DNA of 64,000 nucleotides from Psammoneis japonica (taxonomy: Eukaryota), in the NCBI GenBank assembly GCA_008632985.1, contig QPGO01000036.1, positions 520,182 to 584,181 of the forward strand, read 5' to 3'. This document shows, in pieces, positions 36,476-49,437 of the stretch (positions are counted from its first letter, which is position 1; each line of letters opens with the position of its first letter). The position numbers were made by a program, and so were the translations under genes. The notes below the pieces were generated by a model. The model was given only the letters and a program-made list of their open reading frames with translations, did no database searches and was not told the DNA's origin.

Positions 36476-38127
36476 CTATGCTGAGTTTGTAATGACACAG
36501 ATCCAATGTAAATTTAAGCAGTTTTGAATTGATGGTGGATCGACACCAAATGTGCCGATTGCACCAATCTGGTTGTGGTTGAAGCACGTGTGACAATTTG
36601 TGAGCAAGAAAGACACGCGAAGCTGCTCACAAGCATGCGGTGTTTCACAGCATAGCTTGAAAGGACAAAACGTCCTACAAATTCGAAAGACATTGGATGC
36701 AATGCCACAGCTCCACTCTACCGTGATGCGCACTACCTTGAGCCGACAATTTTCGAGCACCTGAATGGGCGTGAGTGGAGCTAGCCCGTTGTGGCCGGGG
36801 CGATGCGCATGAATGACGCGTTGTTGTTGAGCAAATCCCCGGTCCGCACACACAGCATGCACCATGCCATTTGGAAAGTGGCCTTGCTGAATGTCCAGCA
36901 AGTGTTGGTTCACGGCTGACAAGTGCTGCAAATCGGTGTCAGCTCTGGCAAACTCGAATGACACAAAGAGCAATGAGAGTGTGGCGGGCAGCCACGTTTT
37001 ACAGGAAATGCAAAGCACATCGGCAATGCACAACTGTGTGCTTGCCTGCGAGCTGAAGTGGGACCCCATGTGATGCTCAAGCCGTTTGGAAAAGTTGTTG
37101 CAAGCATCTTTGTGCCGTGAATGTGCTTGTGCCCCGTGTGCACCGATCGCTGGGTGTTGTCTGCGTCAGGGCAACGCGGTGCATCTGCCCAGTCCTCAAC
37201 TGGCCCTGTCCCTGGAGCATTTGTTTCAAATGTTGAACAATCCATAAAGCCAAAAATGTTGAATTCCCCTGGTGGACAAACAAGACCGGGGACGTTGTAC
37301 ACTTGAGCAGTGTCCGGGTCAGTCCAAGCAGCCCGTTGCTTCAGTTTTCGCTCCGTTGCTCTTGCAAACAAGGGAAAGTCATCAATCCACCTTTCAAGAC
37401 CTTGTTGCCCAAGCACAGGAGCACATCTGTCATCAAGACACATCAAAAACCACCGGCATCCATACGACCACTGAGTCAAATCCCTGCCTCCAAAGTGCTT
37501 GTCCACCAACACGGCATTGTCGAGTCCAAGCGCCACCTTGGTCAAGGAAAACAAAAACAATTCCTCGCCAGTGAATTGGCAATGATGCCCATGAGCACAT
37601 GGCACAAGAACCAAATCGGGCAGGTCAAACAAAACATGCAATTGTCGCAACTGATCCACATTGAATCGTGTCGTCCGCTCGGCGTAGTTGTCAGAGCATC
37701 CATCAATTCGTCGGTCATGAGGCAAGACAAAATCAGCAGCACGATGCTCTTCCTCGCATGTCATGTCACCAATTGCTGCGTTGCAATCTGCCCAAATGTG
37801 AGCCACATGATGACATGCAAAAATGCCACCCAATGTGTGCACAAGAGCAACGCCAAACGGATCGTCCGCATTGCCAACTTGTTCTGGATCCAACAAATGA
37901 CCATTGTCCTGGTTGAAAACATCAACTCTGGACACAATTGAAAGTAGAGTGAGAGTTGCAGACCATTGAACAAGTGATTGAACAGAACGCGTCCAGAACA
38001 CCTCTGTTCTCCTCAGCGCTGACACTCCTCGAGCGTTGAGAGACCTGTCCCTCATGTTTCTGTTGGTGAGCCGCCGCGGCAATTTGCGGCGGTGTCCATG
38101 GTGAAACAGACGTGGTTGTCTTGGCAT
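36476..38127 (-). pseudogene. Harbinger-type DDE transposase, frameshifted near 37050
   Basis: IFGFMDCS, VHTGHKHIHG (expected YTGYK..HG), FPNG, CADRGF, RITVEWSCG. Confidence 0.85.
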
Positions 38128-38351
38128 GATGCACATCAAGAGTGCAACAACAATGCGACTGCAAAAGTGTTTCTTTGCCTTGGTGGATGAGAACCCGCAA
38201 CCCCATCGTCAAAGCATCAAAGCCGCACCCGTGCAGGTTGAGCTGATCGGCTGCAGCACCGGGCAGGCGAATCGTGATTGAGTCAAGTGGTGAAACACGA
38301 ACGGATCAGAGCCCGAGACCCATGACCCGTGCGGGTCGGCAAGAACACTCT

Positions 38352-40870
38352 AGTGACCAGTCACTGAATGCATGCCAGAGTGAGAGGAGCAGAAAAGCTG
38401 CTGCTTTCTCAGAGAAAGAACATCCCAGTGAAACCAACCCACCCAACAACTGCAGGCTTGCAGCATTGAAGGTCTCCAGTGGAACCCAAGGAACACTTTG
38501 AGAACAGCCGTGGAGTGTTGAAGGGCCCAGGCATTGAAGGTCTCAGGCAAAACCCAGGGAACACTTTGAGAACAGTGGGGGAGCATTGCAAGGCCCATCT
38601 GGTGCATTTGCAGCCGCCAGTCATGGAATGCATGCCAGAGTGAGAGCAGAAAAACTCCTGCTTTCTCAGAGAAAGAACATCCTCATGAAACTGACCCATC
38701 CAACAACTGCAGACTCATGGCATTGAAGGCCTCCAATGGAGCCCAGGGAACACTTTGAGGACAGTGGTGGAGCGTTGAAGGGCTCATCTGGTGCACCAGG
38801 TGCAGCCCCCAGTCACTTTGTCCATGACATGGTGAGAGCAGAAACTCCTGCATCATCCACAGTGAAAGAACACCCAGATGCAACCAACCAACCCAACAAT
38901 TGCCTGCAGATGGCATTGAAGTTCTTCAAAGGAACTCAGGGAAGACTTTGAGAACAGCAGTGGAGTGTCGTTGCAAGGCCTGTCTGGTGCAGTTGCAGCC
39001 ACCAGTCACTTGATCCATGACATGGTGAGAGCAGAAGCTCCCAAATCCACAATGAAAAGAACACACTGATGCAAACAAACAAACTCAACAGCTGCGCGCT
39101 AATGGCATTGAAGTTTGGAACCCAGGGAACACTTTGAGGGCAGTGGCGGAGTGTTGAAGGGCTCATCTGGTGCAGGTGCACCCCCCAGTCACTCAATCCA
39201 TGACACGGTGAGAGCAGAAACTCCCACATTCACAGTGAAAGATCACCCAGATGCAGCCAACCAACCCAACAATTGCGTGCAGAGGGCATGTTGAAGAAGT
39301 TCCTTAGAGGAACCCAGGGGACACTTTTAGAATGGTGGTGGAGTGTTGCAAGGCCCATCTGGCACAGTTGCAGCCACCAGCCACTTGATCCATGACATGG
39401 TGAGAGCAGAAAAACTCCTGACTTCTCAGAGAAAGGACACCCTGATGCAAACAACCAACACAACAACTGCATGCTGAGGGCATTGAAGGTCTTTGGAGGA
39501 GCCCAGGGAACACTTTGAGATTTGAGAGAACAGTGGTGGAGTGTTGCGAGGCCCATCTGGTGCATTTGCAACCACCATGCACTGAATGCATGCCAGAGTG
39601 AGAGCAAAAAAAAAACTCCTGACTCCTCAGAGAAAGAACACCCTGATGCAACCAACCAACCATCCTGACAGTTGCACGCTGAGGGCACCAAAGGTCTTCA
39701 AAGGAACCCAGGAAATGCTTTGAGAATGGTGATGGAGTTTTGCAAAAAGGCTCATCTGGTGCAGTTGCAGCCACCTGTCACTCCTTCATCCCCACACCAG
39801 ATTGAGAGCTGAAACTCCTGACTCCAGAGTGAAAGGACACCCTCGCGCAACAAACCAATGAAACAACTGGAAACTCAGAGCACTGACGATCTCAGCTGGA
39901 ATCCCCAGGGAACACATTGAGGTTGATGGCAGAGTGTTGCAACAAGAACACACATGTGGTGCAGATGCAGCCCCCACTCACTGAGTGCATGTCAGAGTGA
40001 GACCTGAAATTCCAACTGCTGCAGAGTGAAAGGACACACACTGGTGCAACCAACCAACCAACCAAACAAATGCAGTTCAAGGGCATCAAAGGTCCCCAGG
40101 GTTGTCTGGGGAGCAACAAGAGAACAGTGGTTGAGAGTTGCGTGGCTCATTGGCTGCAGTTGCTGCACACCAAGCCACTTCATCCATGCAAGAGTGAGCT
40201 GAAATTCCTGACTGCAGAGTGATGGGATGGGACACCCTGATGCAACCAACCAACCCAACAACTGCAGGAGGCTGAGAGACTTTGTGGTCTCTTCCAGGGA
40301 AGAAACACTTTGAGAAATGTGGTTGAGCATTGCACTTGTCTTGCGCAGCAGCAGCCAGCAATTGTTTCATTCATGCCACAGCCAGCAAGAAAGGGCACCC
40401 GGACATGCAATCAATCAGCACAACAACTGCAGGATGAGGACAATGAGGATGGTCTCTGGCAAAGCCCAGGGAACACTTTGAGAAATGTGGCTGAGTGCTG
40501 CAATGCCCATCACTTGGCCCATCACAGAGCTGGGGCTCTCCCAACTCCAGAGAGTGAAAGCAAACAATGATGCAACCAACAAAGACATCATCTGCAGACT
40601 GAGAATGTTGATGGACTCTGGTGGAACACATGGAACACTGTGAGAGCTGTGTGGCTGAGCACTGTGAGCGGCCCATCTGGCGCAGTTGTGTGTGGCTGAA
40701 GCCAAGTTTCTTTGTCACCCAGCCAGAAAAGAGAGCAAGACTTCAAGCTCTCCCATCTCCAGAGTGAAAGGACAAACTGGCATGGCCTGCCAACACACCA
40801 GCTGCAGACTGATGGCAGTGTTGGGGGTCTTTGATGGAACCCAGGGAACATTGAGAGAACTGTGGTGACA
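38352..40870. repeat. ~190-bp satellite array, right part, increasingly diverged rightwards
   Basis: Same unit as 32500-34135, ~13 copies. Confidence 0.9.
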
Positions 40871-43800
40871 AAAAAATGATTCACACATGCACACAGCAGA
40901 CTTCTTTTTCCTTGTCCTTTTTCACAAAGCATGAACACCTCAGAATCATCCATTGCACAGCAGCACAAAAACACGCATGGATTCTGTGTGTGTTGTTCCC
41001 CCTCCACTTGGAAGCTTCTTGAGTTGGAACGAATTGTCACGTTGCCAGCAATTTGCACAAAAAGCAGTGACAACATGGAGCAAGCTCTGTTCTTCACAGG
41101 CCCCACATCCTCATTGGCGCATGTGACCACAACAGTTTTTCTTGCACAAGGAGCTCATTTTTTACAGTCAAATGAGCAGATTTTAGGTGAGGAGTGGAAG
41201 TGGATCAAGCAGATTTCAAGCTCTTCAACAAGAAAACGTCATGGTGTTGGCAGTTGATTTCTTTGACAACACTTGAGCAGTGCGGTCTTGATGCCAGTGG
41301 GGCCCCTGATGGATGAGATTGCCTGCAATGACCAGCGTTGGGTGTGAAAAAGATGTTTGGATGTGTCGTTCAAATGCCCAACTAAAAATGTGAAGGCACA
41401 CAATGTTGTCCACACCAAAGAGCCACCTCCCCGCTCTCTTGCTCTTGTTGTTGGCACAACCCACCATCTGACACAATGCAGCAGTGTCTGCCAGCTGTTC
41501 CAGCATTTGTGTGCACAGGGGAAATGGCAAGTCCTTTGCAAAAAACAGTTCCTCTTGTCCAGAAAAGAGCACTGCTGCCAAATGCAAAATCCCAGCGCTG
41601 TTGCTTGTGCAGGCACAATCTTCTGCCCATCTCAGCACACCACACATGGCCCGCAAACATGGCAGGCTGTTTTCTCTGGATGTGCTTGTGCCTTTTGCCC
41701 AGCTTTTCTCTGTCAGGTTGAAGCCTGAGTTGGCTCTTTGAACTTTTCACCTTGACTTCTGCCATTTTCCTGTGATGTGTTTTCAGTGGGGTGGCTGAGC
41801 CTGCCTCGAGATTGTGCTGTGGAATGACTTTTTGCTCTCAGAGTTTCCACAGCCATCATCCCAAAAAACAACAAAAGATGTGCTGGTGTGGGGTGCAAAG
41901 CAATGCTGGGCCTTCAGAATTCTGTGCACAAACCATGCAGCAATGCTGCCAAGCAATGAACAAATCAATGATCAGCAACAGAAAAAGCAGCAACTTTGTG
42001 GCAATCAACTTAAAGCACCTGCAGTGCTTGAGGTGTGTCATCTCTTGCATTTTGTCAAAACATCACTGGCACAATGCTGGGCTGCTGAAGAGGCAGCCAG
42101 CATTTGTGACAGAAGAGGGGGGGGGGCTGCAGACACAGCTGATGCCAAGAGAAAGCTGCTTGAAGCAGAAGAGAAAGTTTCCCCAGACTCAGCACTTTTT
42201 GCACCTCTTGGCACTCTCCAGTGATCATTCAGAGAGAAGTGCGCAAGTTGGCTGATGGAGATTGTTTTGCTCAGGGCTGCCCTCTTTCTGGCCCAACTGT
42301 GTTTGAGTGCGTGAGAACCACCGCAAGCACAGCTGGTGTTGCCCAGCGCTTGTTGCTTGGCATGCTGCTGGCTGCCAGCTCCTGCTGTCATGATGTTGGC
42401 TGCCCCAGCTGTCTCTGCTTGGTGTTGTCAGCTGCCAGCATGCACTGGGCTGGTTGCATGCTTCATGCTTGGCCCCTGAGTTTGCACCAAATTTGTGCAA
42501 GAAAACAGAGCTCCAACACAAAAAGGCATTTTTTCATGTCTCACATCACAACTTTTCCGCACATGCTCAAAATGACACTGTGTTGCTGTCTGCAAGAAAT
42601 TGCCCACTCACAAGAAGTGCCCCAACTGCTGCTTGGATTTTGAAGGCAAGAGCACAACGATGTGGGCAAATGAGGTTGCAATTGTCACAATGATGTCTTT
42701 AGAAAGTTGACCACTTTGCTGTGTGAGGGGGCTGCTCTCAACATTTTTCACTCGTGTGTCATTTTTGACTGTGCACACACAACTTGCATGCAAAGAGACA
42801 GCCCCCCTCCTCCCCACCTGTTTTTGCAAAAAAGAAGCATGAGCACCACTCTTTTTCAGTGCAAGCTCTTTGTGTTGTGCTGTGAGAAGAGTGCGGGCAT
42901 TCATTGAAAATGGTCAGACAGAAAAACAGAAAAACAACAGCTCAAAGGTTGGCAAAGCAGCTGTGCTCAGTGCACAGTTTCCAGCTGCTTTCTTGGGAAA
43001 AAATGTCCAACAAAACACTCTCTTTTGTTGCCTCCTGCACTGCACCTCCAAGCAACAACAGTGGTTTGAACACCAGTGCAGAAGAAGACCTTTCACCCCA
43101 GTTTTCACACTTGTTCATTCTCAACACCAGGGTCATCATGAAACACATGCTGTTGGGAGGGAGCACATGGCAGGGACAGGCAGGAGGGCAGCAGGAAGAG
43201 AGCAAGACTTCTGGGGGGCTTGCAATTTTTCACTCTTCATGTGCCAAAAGTGCCTGCCAGCTTGCAAGCACAAGTGGTGCTGGTGCTGTGTTTGCAAAGG
43301 GTGGCTGCTCTTGTTCAAAGCTGAAATCAACTTCAATGGTCAACCAAGTTGGCAAAGCAGGAAACCAAACTCAACAAATTTGGTCTCACAGAGCATGAGC
43401 TCTTCACAAGATTCATTTTGAGCTGCCCCACAGCACAACAGCTGTGCACGTTAGAGTGCCAGCCATTGGCCAAGTTGGGAAAGCAGGAGACAACCACAAA
43501 TGAAACATGGTCCAGGGCCCAAAGTCAATTGCTTTGATTGTTGTTGTTTGCTGGTGGGAGCACACCATCAATTTGATTTGTTCATTTGTCAACTGGCCTG
43601 GCCTGCATTGTGCAATTTTGGTTTCTGACAATGTTTGCTTTTCACCCTGGCACAATGTGACAATTGACACATGCTCTCATTTTCCATGCCCTCATTTCAT
43701 TGACTTTGCTCCCTCTGTTCCTCAAGCCACTGCCCCATTCCTTGATGTCTGCCCTGTTGTCTCCCACAGTCTGTCTCACATCTTGGTGTTCTGTTGCTGC

Positions 43801-46020
43801 GCTGGCATCACGTCATGCTCCAATCTTTTGTGGATTAAAGAGAGCCAGGTTTTTAGACAGCTTTTCATTGCGAGACATCATGACAGCAATCCCTGGCAGA
43901 AGACAGCAGCGAAGTTGTCAGTTTGGCATGTTTTCTTTGGCAAGCAAGGCACAATGCCACTGTCTCTGCTCACCTGTGTGTGGCATCACAGCCCTTTGTT
44001 TGGCTGTTTTTGTCAACTTGCCTGAGTTTCAAGAAAAGAAGAAAGCATGAAAGGTGCAAATCATCTGTTTGTTGTTTGCTACAAGCTGCCTGCTCCCGCA
44101 CCACACTTTTGACCCCTGCTCTTTGCACCTTTCCCATGTTTTTTTTGTGTTGGTGTGTGTGCAGAGCCCCCCTGCAGGTTTTGTTGCTTCCTTCTTGTGC
44201 TGGTGTCATCATTCTTGTTTGTGCGCTGCTTGGGCACACCCTTTTTTCTGTCAGCAGCATCAGCCTTGAATTCCAAACTCTGCCAGAGCGACTCACCCAA
44301 AGGGTTGATTGTTGCTGAGTTGTGGCGTGCAAGCAAAATTTCAAAAAGCAAGGAGCCGGGAATGCCAGAGACTTGGAATTGTTTGGAGGTGGAAAAATGT
44401 CTTGAGGAGAATGGACAAGTTTGCAGCAGCATTTTTGAAACAAACTTCTCTTTGTTGGAATCAATGAAGAGCTCCTGCTGTGAATGGGCTGTCTTCCATT
44501 TTGTCCTGTTCCAAAGCTCTTTGAAAGCAAGAGTGGATCTCATGTGGGAGGGTCTGTTGGGGAATGTGAGACAGAACAAATGTGATGTTGAGCTTTCTTG
44601 ATTGTGTGCCACACAAATTTTGAAGGCTCGCAGCCTTGTCAAGAAGCTCTCCTGCTGTGAGATGTCAAGCAAGTCTTTGTGGCCAATCATGTCCATGACA
44701 CAGTGTTGTTGCAATGTGGTCTTGATCATCTTTGCTGACCTTTGCACAAAGTCTTGTTGTCAAAGGGTTTTCTGGCATTCTCACAAAGCAACAAGGAAGA
44801 GCTGGTGGTGCCCAGATGTTGGACACACACAATTTGAAGCTCGCTGACAGAAGTCCTCTGCTGCCACAGCTGAGCAGAGTGGCGCAAGATGGTTCAAGCA
44901 CAGACCACAACAAAACCACAAAATCCAATTGCAGCCACATTGGCCCTGACAACTTGGCACCCTGAAAAGTGTTTTTTTTGTGGCGTGTTTGTTGTGAGTC
45001 AACAACCTCAAAGCAGTGCTGAGTGAATGGCAAATTGACGCGCCCTGCAATCTGGGTTGACATTGGAGTTTTTCAAATGTTGTGGTGCAGTGGAGAGATC
45101 AAGCCAGTTGAAGAAGAAGCACTCATGGCAACAGAAAGCACAAATGGCACTGTGCATTTTGCAACATTGTTGGACATGGAAGAAAGAACCCCCAAGCAAG
45201 TTTGCAGCTGTGTTGTCTGTTAAAAGGGGGTTGGTTTAATGAGAAGTTCATTTTGAAAGGAGAGATTTTTCATTGTTGTCAAGCATGCAGCAAGGTTGCA
45301 GCAGGTTGTGGCAAGGGGACATGTCATTTGTTCAGCAAATGACGGAGATTGGTGGCTGTGTTGTGCAGTGCCAGATGTGTGAGAAAACACAAAAAACAAG
45401 AAACAGGCAAAACTGCTGGGTTGAAGAGCTCTTCCCAACAAACAAACTGACTCTTGGCAAGATGCTGTGGCACAAAACAGAGAACATTGCAAATCCATGG
45501 CCGCTGGAAAAGCCAGCTGTCAGCCCAAAGAATGGAGGCTCTTGTGGTGTGCCAGATTGTTTGACGCCGGAAACACGAACCAGTCGTGTCACAAAAACAT
45601 TGTTCAGAATTGCGGTTGCAGTCAGCACCCTGGTTGGTTCTCAAGAAATTGTGACACCTTTAAAGAGCGCAATCTCGCAGGCAAAATTTTTGTCTCTTGT
45701 CAGCTCACCTTCTTGTCAAGGTTGAAAACATGTTGTGCAGGGCAGAGATGCACCTCCCACCATGCCGCTGCCAGCAGCCAAAGACCGAGGAGGGGAGCTC
45801 CCATCACAAACTGACAGAGTGACATGGTTCAAACCTTTCATTGCCACCACAGCTCACAGCTGCCTCTTGCAATGATTGAGAGGTGGAAGGTGCTCCTTCC
45901 TCCCTCATTCTCGAAGACACTTGTTTGTGACTCCCCAAGCAAGAAGGGAATTGGGCGGGTGTGGTGTGAACGTGTGGTGGTGTCTTGGACATCCCGCGGT
46001 CGTCGTTCAAAATGAACATC
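40870..46020. repeat. Unclassified heavily decayed block (probably an old TE), depleted of TpA and CpG
   Basis: About 5 kb with very few TA and few CG, and no recognisable domain. Confidence 0.55.
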
Positions 46021-46458
46021 TACGATCCCATTATAACATTAAATACGGTCATTCAGTTGTGAAAACGGCACTGATTTGCAATTTTTATATTGATTTAAAG
46101 TTAGAAAGACATTTAGGGAAATCGTTATATGTTTCAAATTACTTAGGGAAGAAGTGACCCTGGGTTCATTTGATGACCGTATCGATCCAAGATTTATTGC
46201 ATGAAATGTCTATTGCAATATCAATAATGACTTGATCAGCAACGGAAAATCTTGTTTAACCTTCTGGCATAGAGCTGGCATGCCCAAAGTCATTTTTTTT
46301 ATGGTATGATATTAGACTAGGCCCATACGTATAAAAGTCATCGTACCCGCGAAGCAACAAAGGCGCAAGGAACAATCACCGAGTGGGAATCAAATCTTGT
46401 CACAAAAAGCGAAACAAACAGCACATACCTGAGAACTGCTTCCAAGACCAATTTCGAC

Positions 46459-47403
46459 ATGAACCCGCTCTCTTTCGATGGACCTCCCTCTCTTAGGCGT
46501 AGTCAACAGGCGACCATCCCTATGATTCAAAATCCAGGCGCCATCCTGAGTACCCCTACAACATCAACGCTCGTGGGGAGGCAACGTCAACACTCGAACA
46601 TGAACAGCACGGACTCTGAAGACGTATCTCGACGTGTTATGATTCTCCAAGCACTAGCTCTTGACAAAAGAAGGCGAGAAGAACAAATTGGAAATATGGC
46701 TTCTGTTGATGATAAAGATGAACGCTGTGGACCTCCCCCACTCAAGAAACGGCGTCAAGAAGAACCAAGGAAAGTTGCTGACCCCGCACCTGTCAAAGCA
46801 AGCGACGAGGGAATTGCGACTTTTCAAGACAACGACGTTTTGAGTGGTCGAGGAGGAGGAACAAATATCCACCCGGGAAACCGATACTTCCGCGATCTGA
46901 TCAATCGCAGTCGTTGTGTCTACCTAAAGGCCCGCAAGAACGACAAGCCGGCTATCTCACGTGAAATCGTGAAAAAAGTGCGCCAGCGGGGCGGGCGTTT
47001 TCTGAAGAAAAGGGAAGGGTCGAAGTTGTGGCTTGAGATTGGGGATGATGCAGCTAGAGAGAAAGCGTCGCAAGCGCTCCGCCAACGTGCACCTGAGATG
47101 AGGAAAGTGTTGTTTGAGTCCGAAGTGCGAAAGGCACGAGAACAAGCCGAACAACTTCGACAAAGCCAACATCGCTATCTCTCATCCAGTTTCTCTCTGG
47201 GTATCTCTCAACCGCGTTTGCCACCTGGTCCTACGAACATTTTGAGCCCTTATGCTCCCAGTCACGTTTCCAACAAGATTCCATTCTCATCAATTTCATC
47301 AAATGTACCCAATTCGGAAGCATACGCACAGCTGAGACAAGAACTCATTACGGCGACGCTGCTTGGGGGCGGTATCAACCGAATTTCCCCTCGTGGTGCA
47401 TAG
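46459..47403 (+). CDS. DUF6824-domain protein (diatom-expanded family)
   Basis: DVLSGRGGGTNIHPGNRYFRDLI...GGRFL...W.E.....AREKASQALR. Confidence 0.88.
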   Translation: MNPLSFDGPPSLRRSQQATIPMIQNPGAILSTPTTSTLVGRQRQHSNMNSTDSEDVSRRVMILQALALDKRRREEQIGNMASVDDKDERCGPPPLKKRRQEEPRKVADPAPVKASDEGIATFQDNDVLSGRGGGTNIHPGNRYFRDLINRSRCVYLKARKNDKPAISREIVKKVRQRGGRFLKKREGSKLWLEIGDDAAREKASQALRQRAPEMRKVLFESEVRKAREQAEQLRQSQHRYLSSSFSLGISQPRLPPGPTNILSPYAPSHVSNKIPFSSISSNVPNSEAYAQLRQELITATLLGGGINRISPRGA

Positions 47404-47484
47404 ACATTTCGTAAATCATGTATGTTTAGATTGAAATTCTTTTATGCAACGTCAGCCACTACGGTAATTCAATTAGTGGTGTTG

Positions 47485-47945
47485 CGCAGTCTACTACTTC
47501 GACTTGATGTTGAAGGAGTTGCGAAACTCGTTCGCTGCTTTCGCGAAAGCATGTTTCTGGATGCGGTATCACAGCTTAATGGGAAACTACTACGAGTAGG
47601 GGCTAGGTCAGAGAGCTTGCATTCCGATTGAAACATTTTTCAAGCAACGTGCTCATATACATCAACAGTGGTGGGTGGTGGGCGGTCTACGACATGGTGT
47701 AGTTGCGAATTTCGTTTGCTGTTCTCGCTAGAGCACGTTTCTCGATGATGTGTCATAGCTTTGTGTGTATCTAGAGTCTAGTTCAGAGAGTTTACATTCC
47801 GATTGAAAGACTTTTGAAGTCATTCGTAATGGTATAGGAAGTCTACGACATGATGCAGTGTCGAATTTCTTTCGTTGTCGTCGAGAGAGCACGTTTCTCG
47901 ATATGGTAAGGCATCACGGATTTGTTGGAATATCTAGAGCCTGGA
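47485..47945. repeat. Three short diverged direct repeats (~150-195-bp spacing)
   Basis: Recurring GTCTAC(G/T)AC..GCGAA..AGCA(C/T)GTTTCT.GAT, with CATTCCGATTGAAA twice. Confidence 0.6.
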
Positions 47946-48181
47946 TCTGAGAACACGTGTTGTTCAATGCAAGAGCAGGTGAGTTCCCTCTACCGATTAA
48001 TGTAATCTCAACAAAATGTGTATATATTTCGTATCAAAGTTGAGAACAAATTCGATTGAGGAAAAGATTTGCTATAAAGATTCAAGATGAAATGTTATGT
48101 AACCTAATTGGGCTGTTCTCTGACTACTCCAATGCTGCAGCTACTCGAATACTGTAGCTAGAGTGGACGTTGCCTTTTTAC

Positions 48182-48757
48182 TCAGTAGCCGCTGAAATGC
48201 ATGTAGAGGTACTCTGCGGCTTCAGGAGTAAACCGGAGCCTGTTTACAGCAAGCGGTGAATATTCCGGAGAATCAGGAGCAAACATAAAGTTCATCGACA
48301 AACGGCGAGAGAGGACCATTTTGCGGTTGCTATGCTGTCGCCTGCGCTCAGCAGCGGCAGCTTTCTTCTCGCTTTTGGTTTCCTCCTTTGCGATGACGCG
48401 ACCGACTTCTTCGGAGGACGGCTCAGAATCGTCATCTGAATCATCAGGGTCTTCATCGGAGGAATCACAAAAGTAGCGGAAGAGCTCATCTGCACCGCTA
48501 CCGTTGCCATGATTGGTGTCGCTAACAGTGTCTTCGGAGGTGTTTCGTTTCTTCTCTGACACGCTCGCTTCCGAGATTGATTCAAAGTCTTCAAAATTCT
48601 TCCTCTTCTTCTTTAGACTCTGTTCCCTCTCGTCATAGATCTTGAAGCTAGAGCGGCTCAACGACTTGAACTCATATTCAGATTCTTCGAGAGTCTTCAA
48701 ATCCTGTTGGATCTTGGTCTCCGCCTTGGCAGCAGCAGCGCGTTTGCTTCGAGGCAT
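48182..48757 (-). CDS. Hypothetical charged low-complexity protein (191 aa)
   Basis: ATG-initiated ORF with basic and acidic tracts and normal composition. Confidence 0.6.
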   Translation of the reverse strand: MPRSKRAAAAKAETKIQQDLKTLEESEYEFKSLSRSSFKIYDEREQSLKKKRKNFEDFESISEASVSEKKRNTSEDTVSDTNHGNGSGADELFRYFCDSSDEDPDDSDDDSEPSSEEVGRVIAKEETKSEKKAAAAERRRQHSNRKMVLSRRLSMNFMFAPDSPEYSPLAVNRLRFTPEAAEYLYMHFSGY

Positions 48758-49437
48758 GTTGAAAGATACTCTTGAACCCTGATTCTTGGTAGTATGATGG
48801 CGGGAAACGATATGGTAAGGTCAATCGACGACTGCCGATTGAGGACTGACTGAGTATCCCGGCGTTGTTCTGTTGTTTCGTCGTTGGTTTGATCGATTGT
48901 TCGTTGGTTTGAAACGAGGGAGAACTGGAGTGTCATCACCGGGATTTGGAATAATTTTTGATTTTTTGGTGGCGGATCCAGGAAACCGCTTTTAAGTACT
49001 CGTACGTAAGCTTGATGTCAGAATGACGCGTATATAACCAAATACATGTGAATACTTTATTATTACATCTGCATACCAGGGTACTGTATCGCTAAATGAG
49101 GATCGCTAATATTTAATTGTTTCTACCGTTCTTTCAATGTACACTCCACGAAAGTATATAAAACATTTACCAACAAACATGGATAATTATTTTGCCTTTA
49201 ATATTAATAAATAATTACTATTGCTCAGTAAGAGTTTCTGCCTTTTTTCTTGCTCACATAATCGCCCATCTTCAGCATGTGTTCAATGGCGAAATGCACT
49301 TCATGGACGGTATCTTTATGCTAGCTCACTAGAACGAGGAGAACAACATTGACTAAGAGACTCAAGGTGTTCTTAAGAGGCCACAACCGAAAGCTTTGTC
49401 ATTTGTCGAGACGTGATCAGTGATACATTTCACAAAC

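Larger units (their letters stand above)
34136..38351. mobile_element. PIF/Harbinger-superfamily (PHIS) DNA transposon with two convergent ORFs, inactivated
   Basis: 26-bp TIRs AGAGTGTTCTTGCCGACCCG(TG/CA)CGGG at 34136-34161 and 38326-38351. 3-bp TSD AGC/AGT. Removing the element restores the satellite register. Confidence 0.9.

Noticed and set aside
34135..38352. TA target-site duplication (Tc1/mariner-like) for the DNA transposon
   Set aside because: A 3-bp AGT TSD restores the satellite register whereas TA does not, and the transposase motifs are Harbinger-type.
32470..46020. Dense overlapping Cys/His/Trp-rich ORFs in all six frames (also 14785-17310, 52940-54365, 62240-64000)
   Set aside because: They are an artefact of TpA loss: TAA/TAG stops and Tyr codons vanish, so frames stay open. 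They are not metal-binding proteins.
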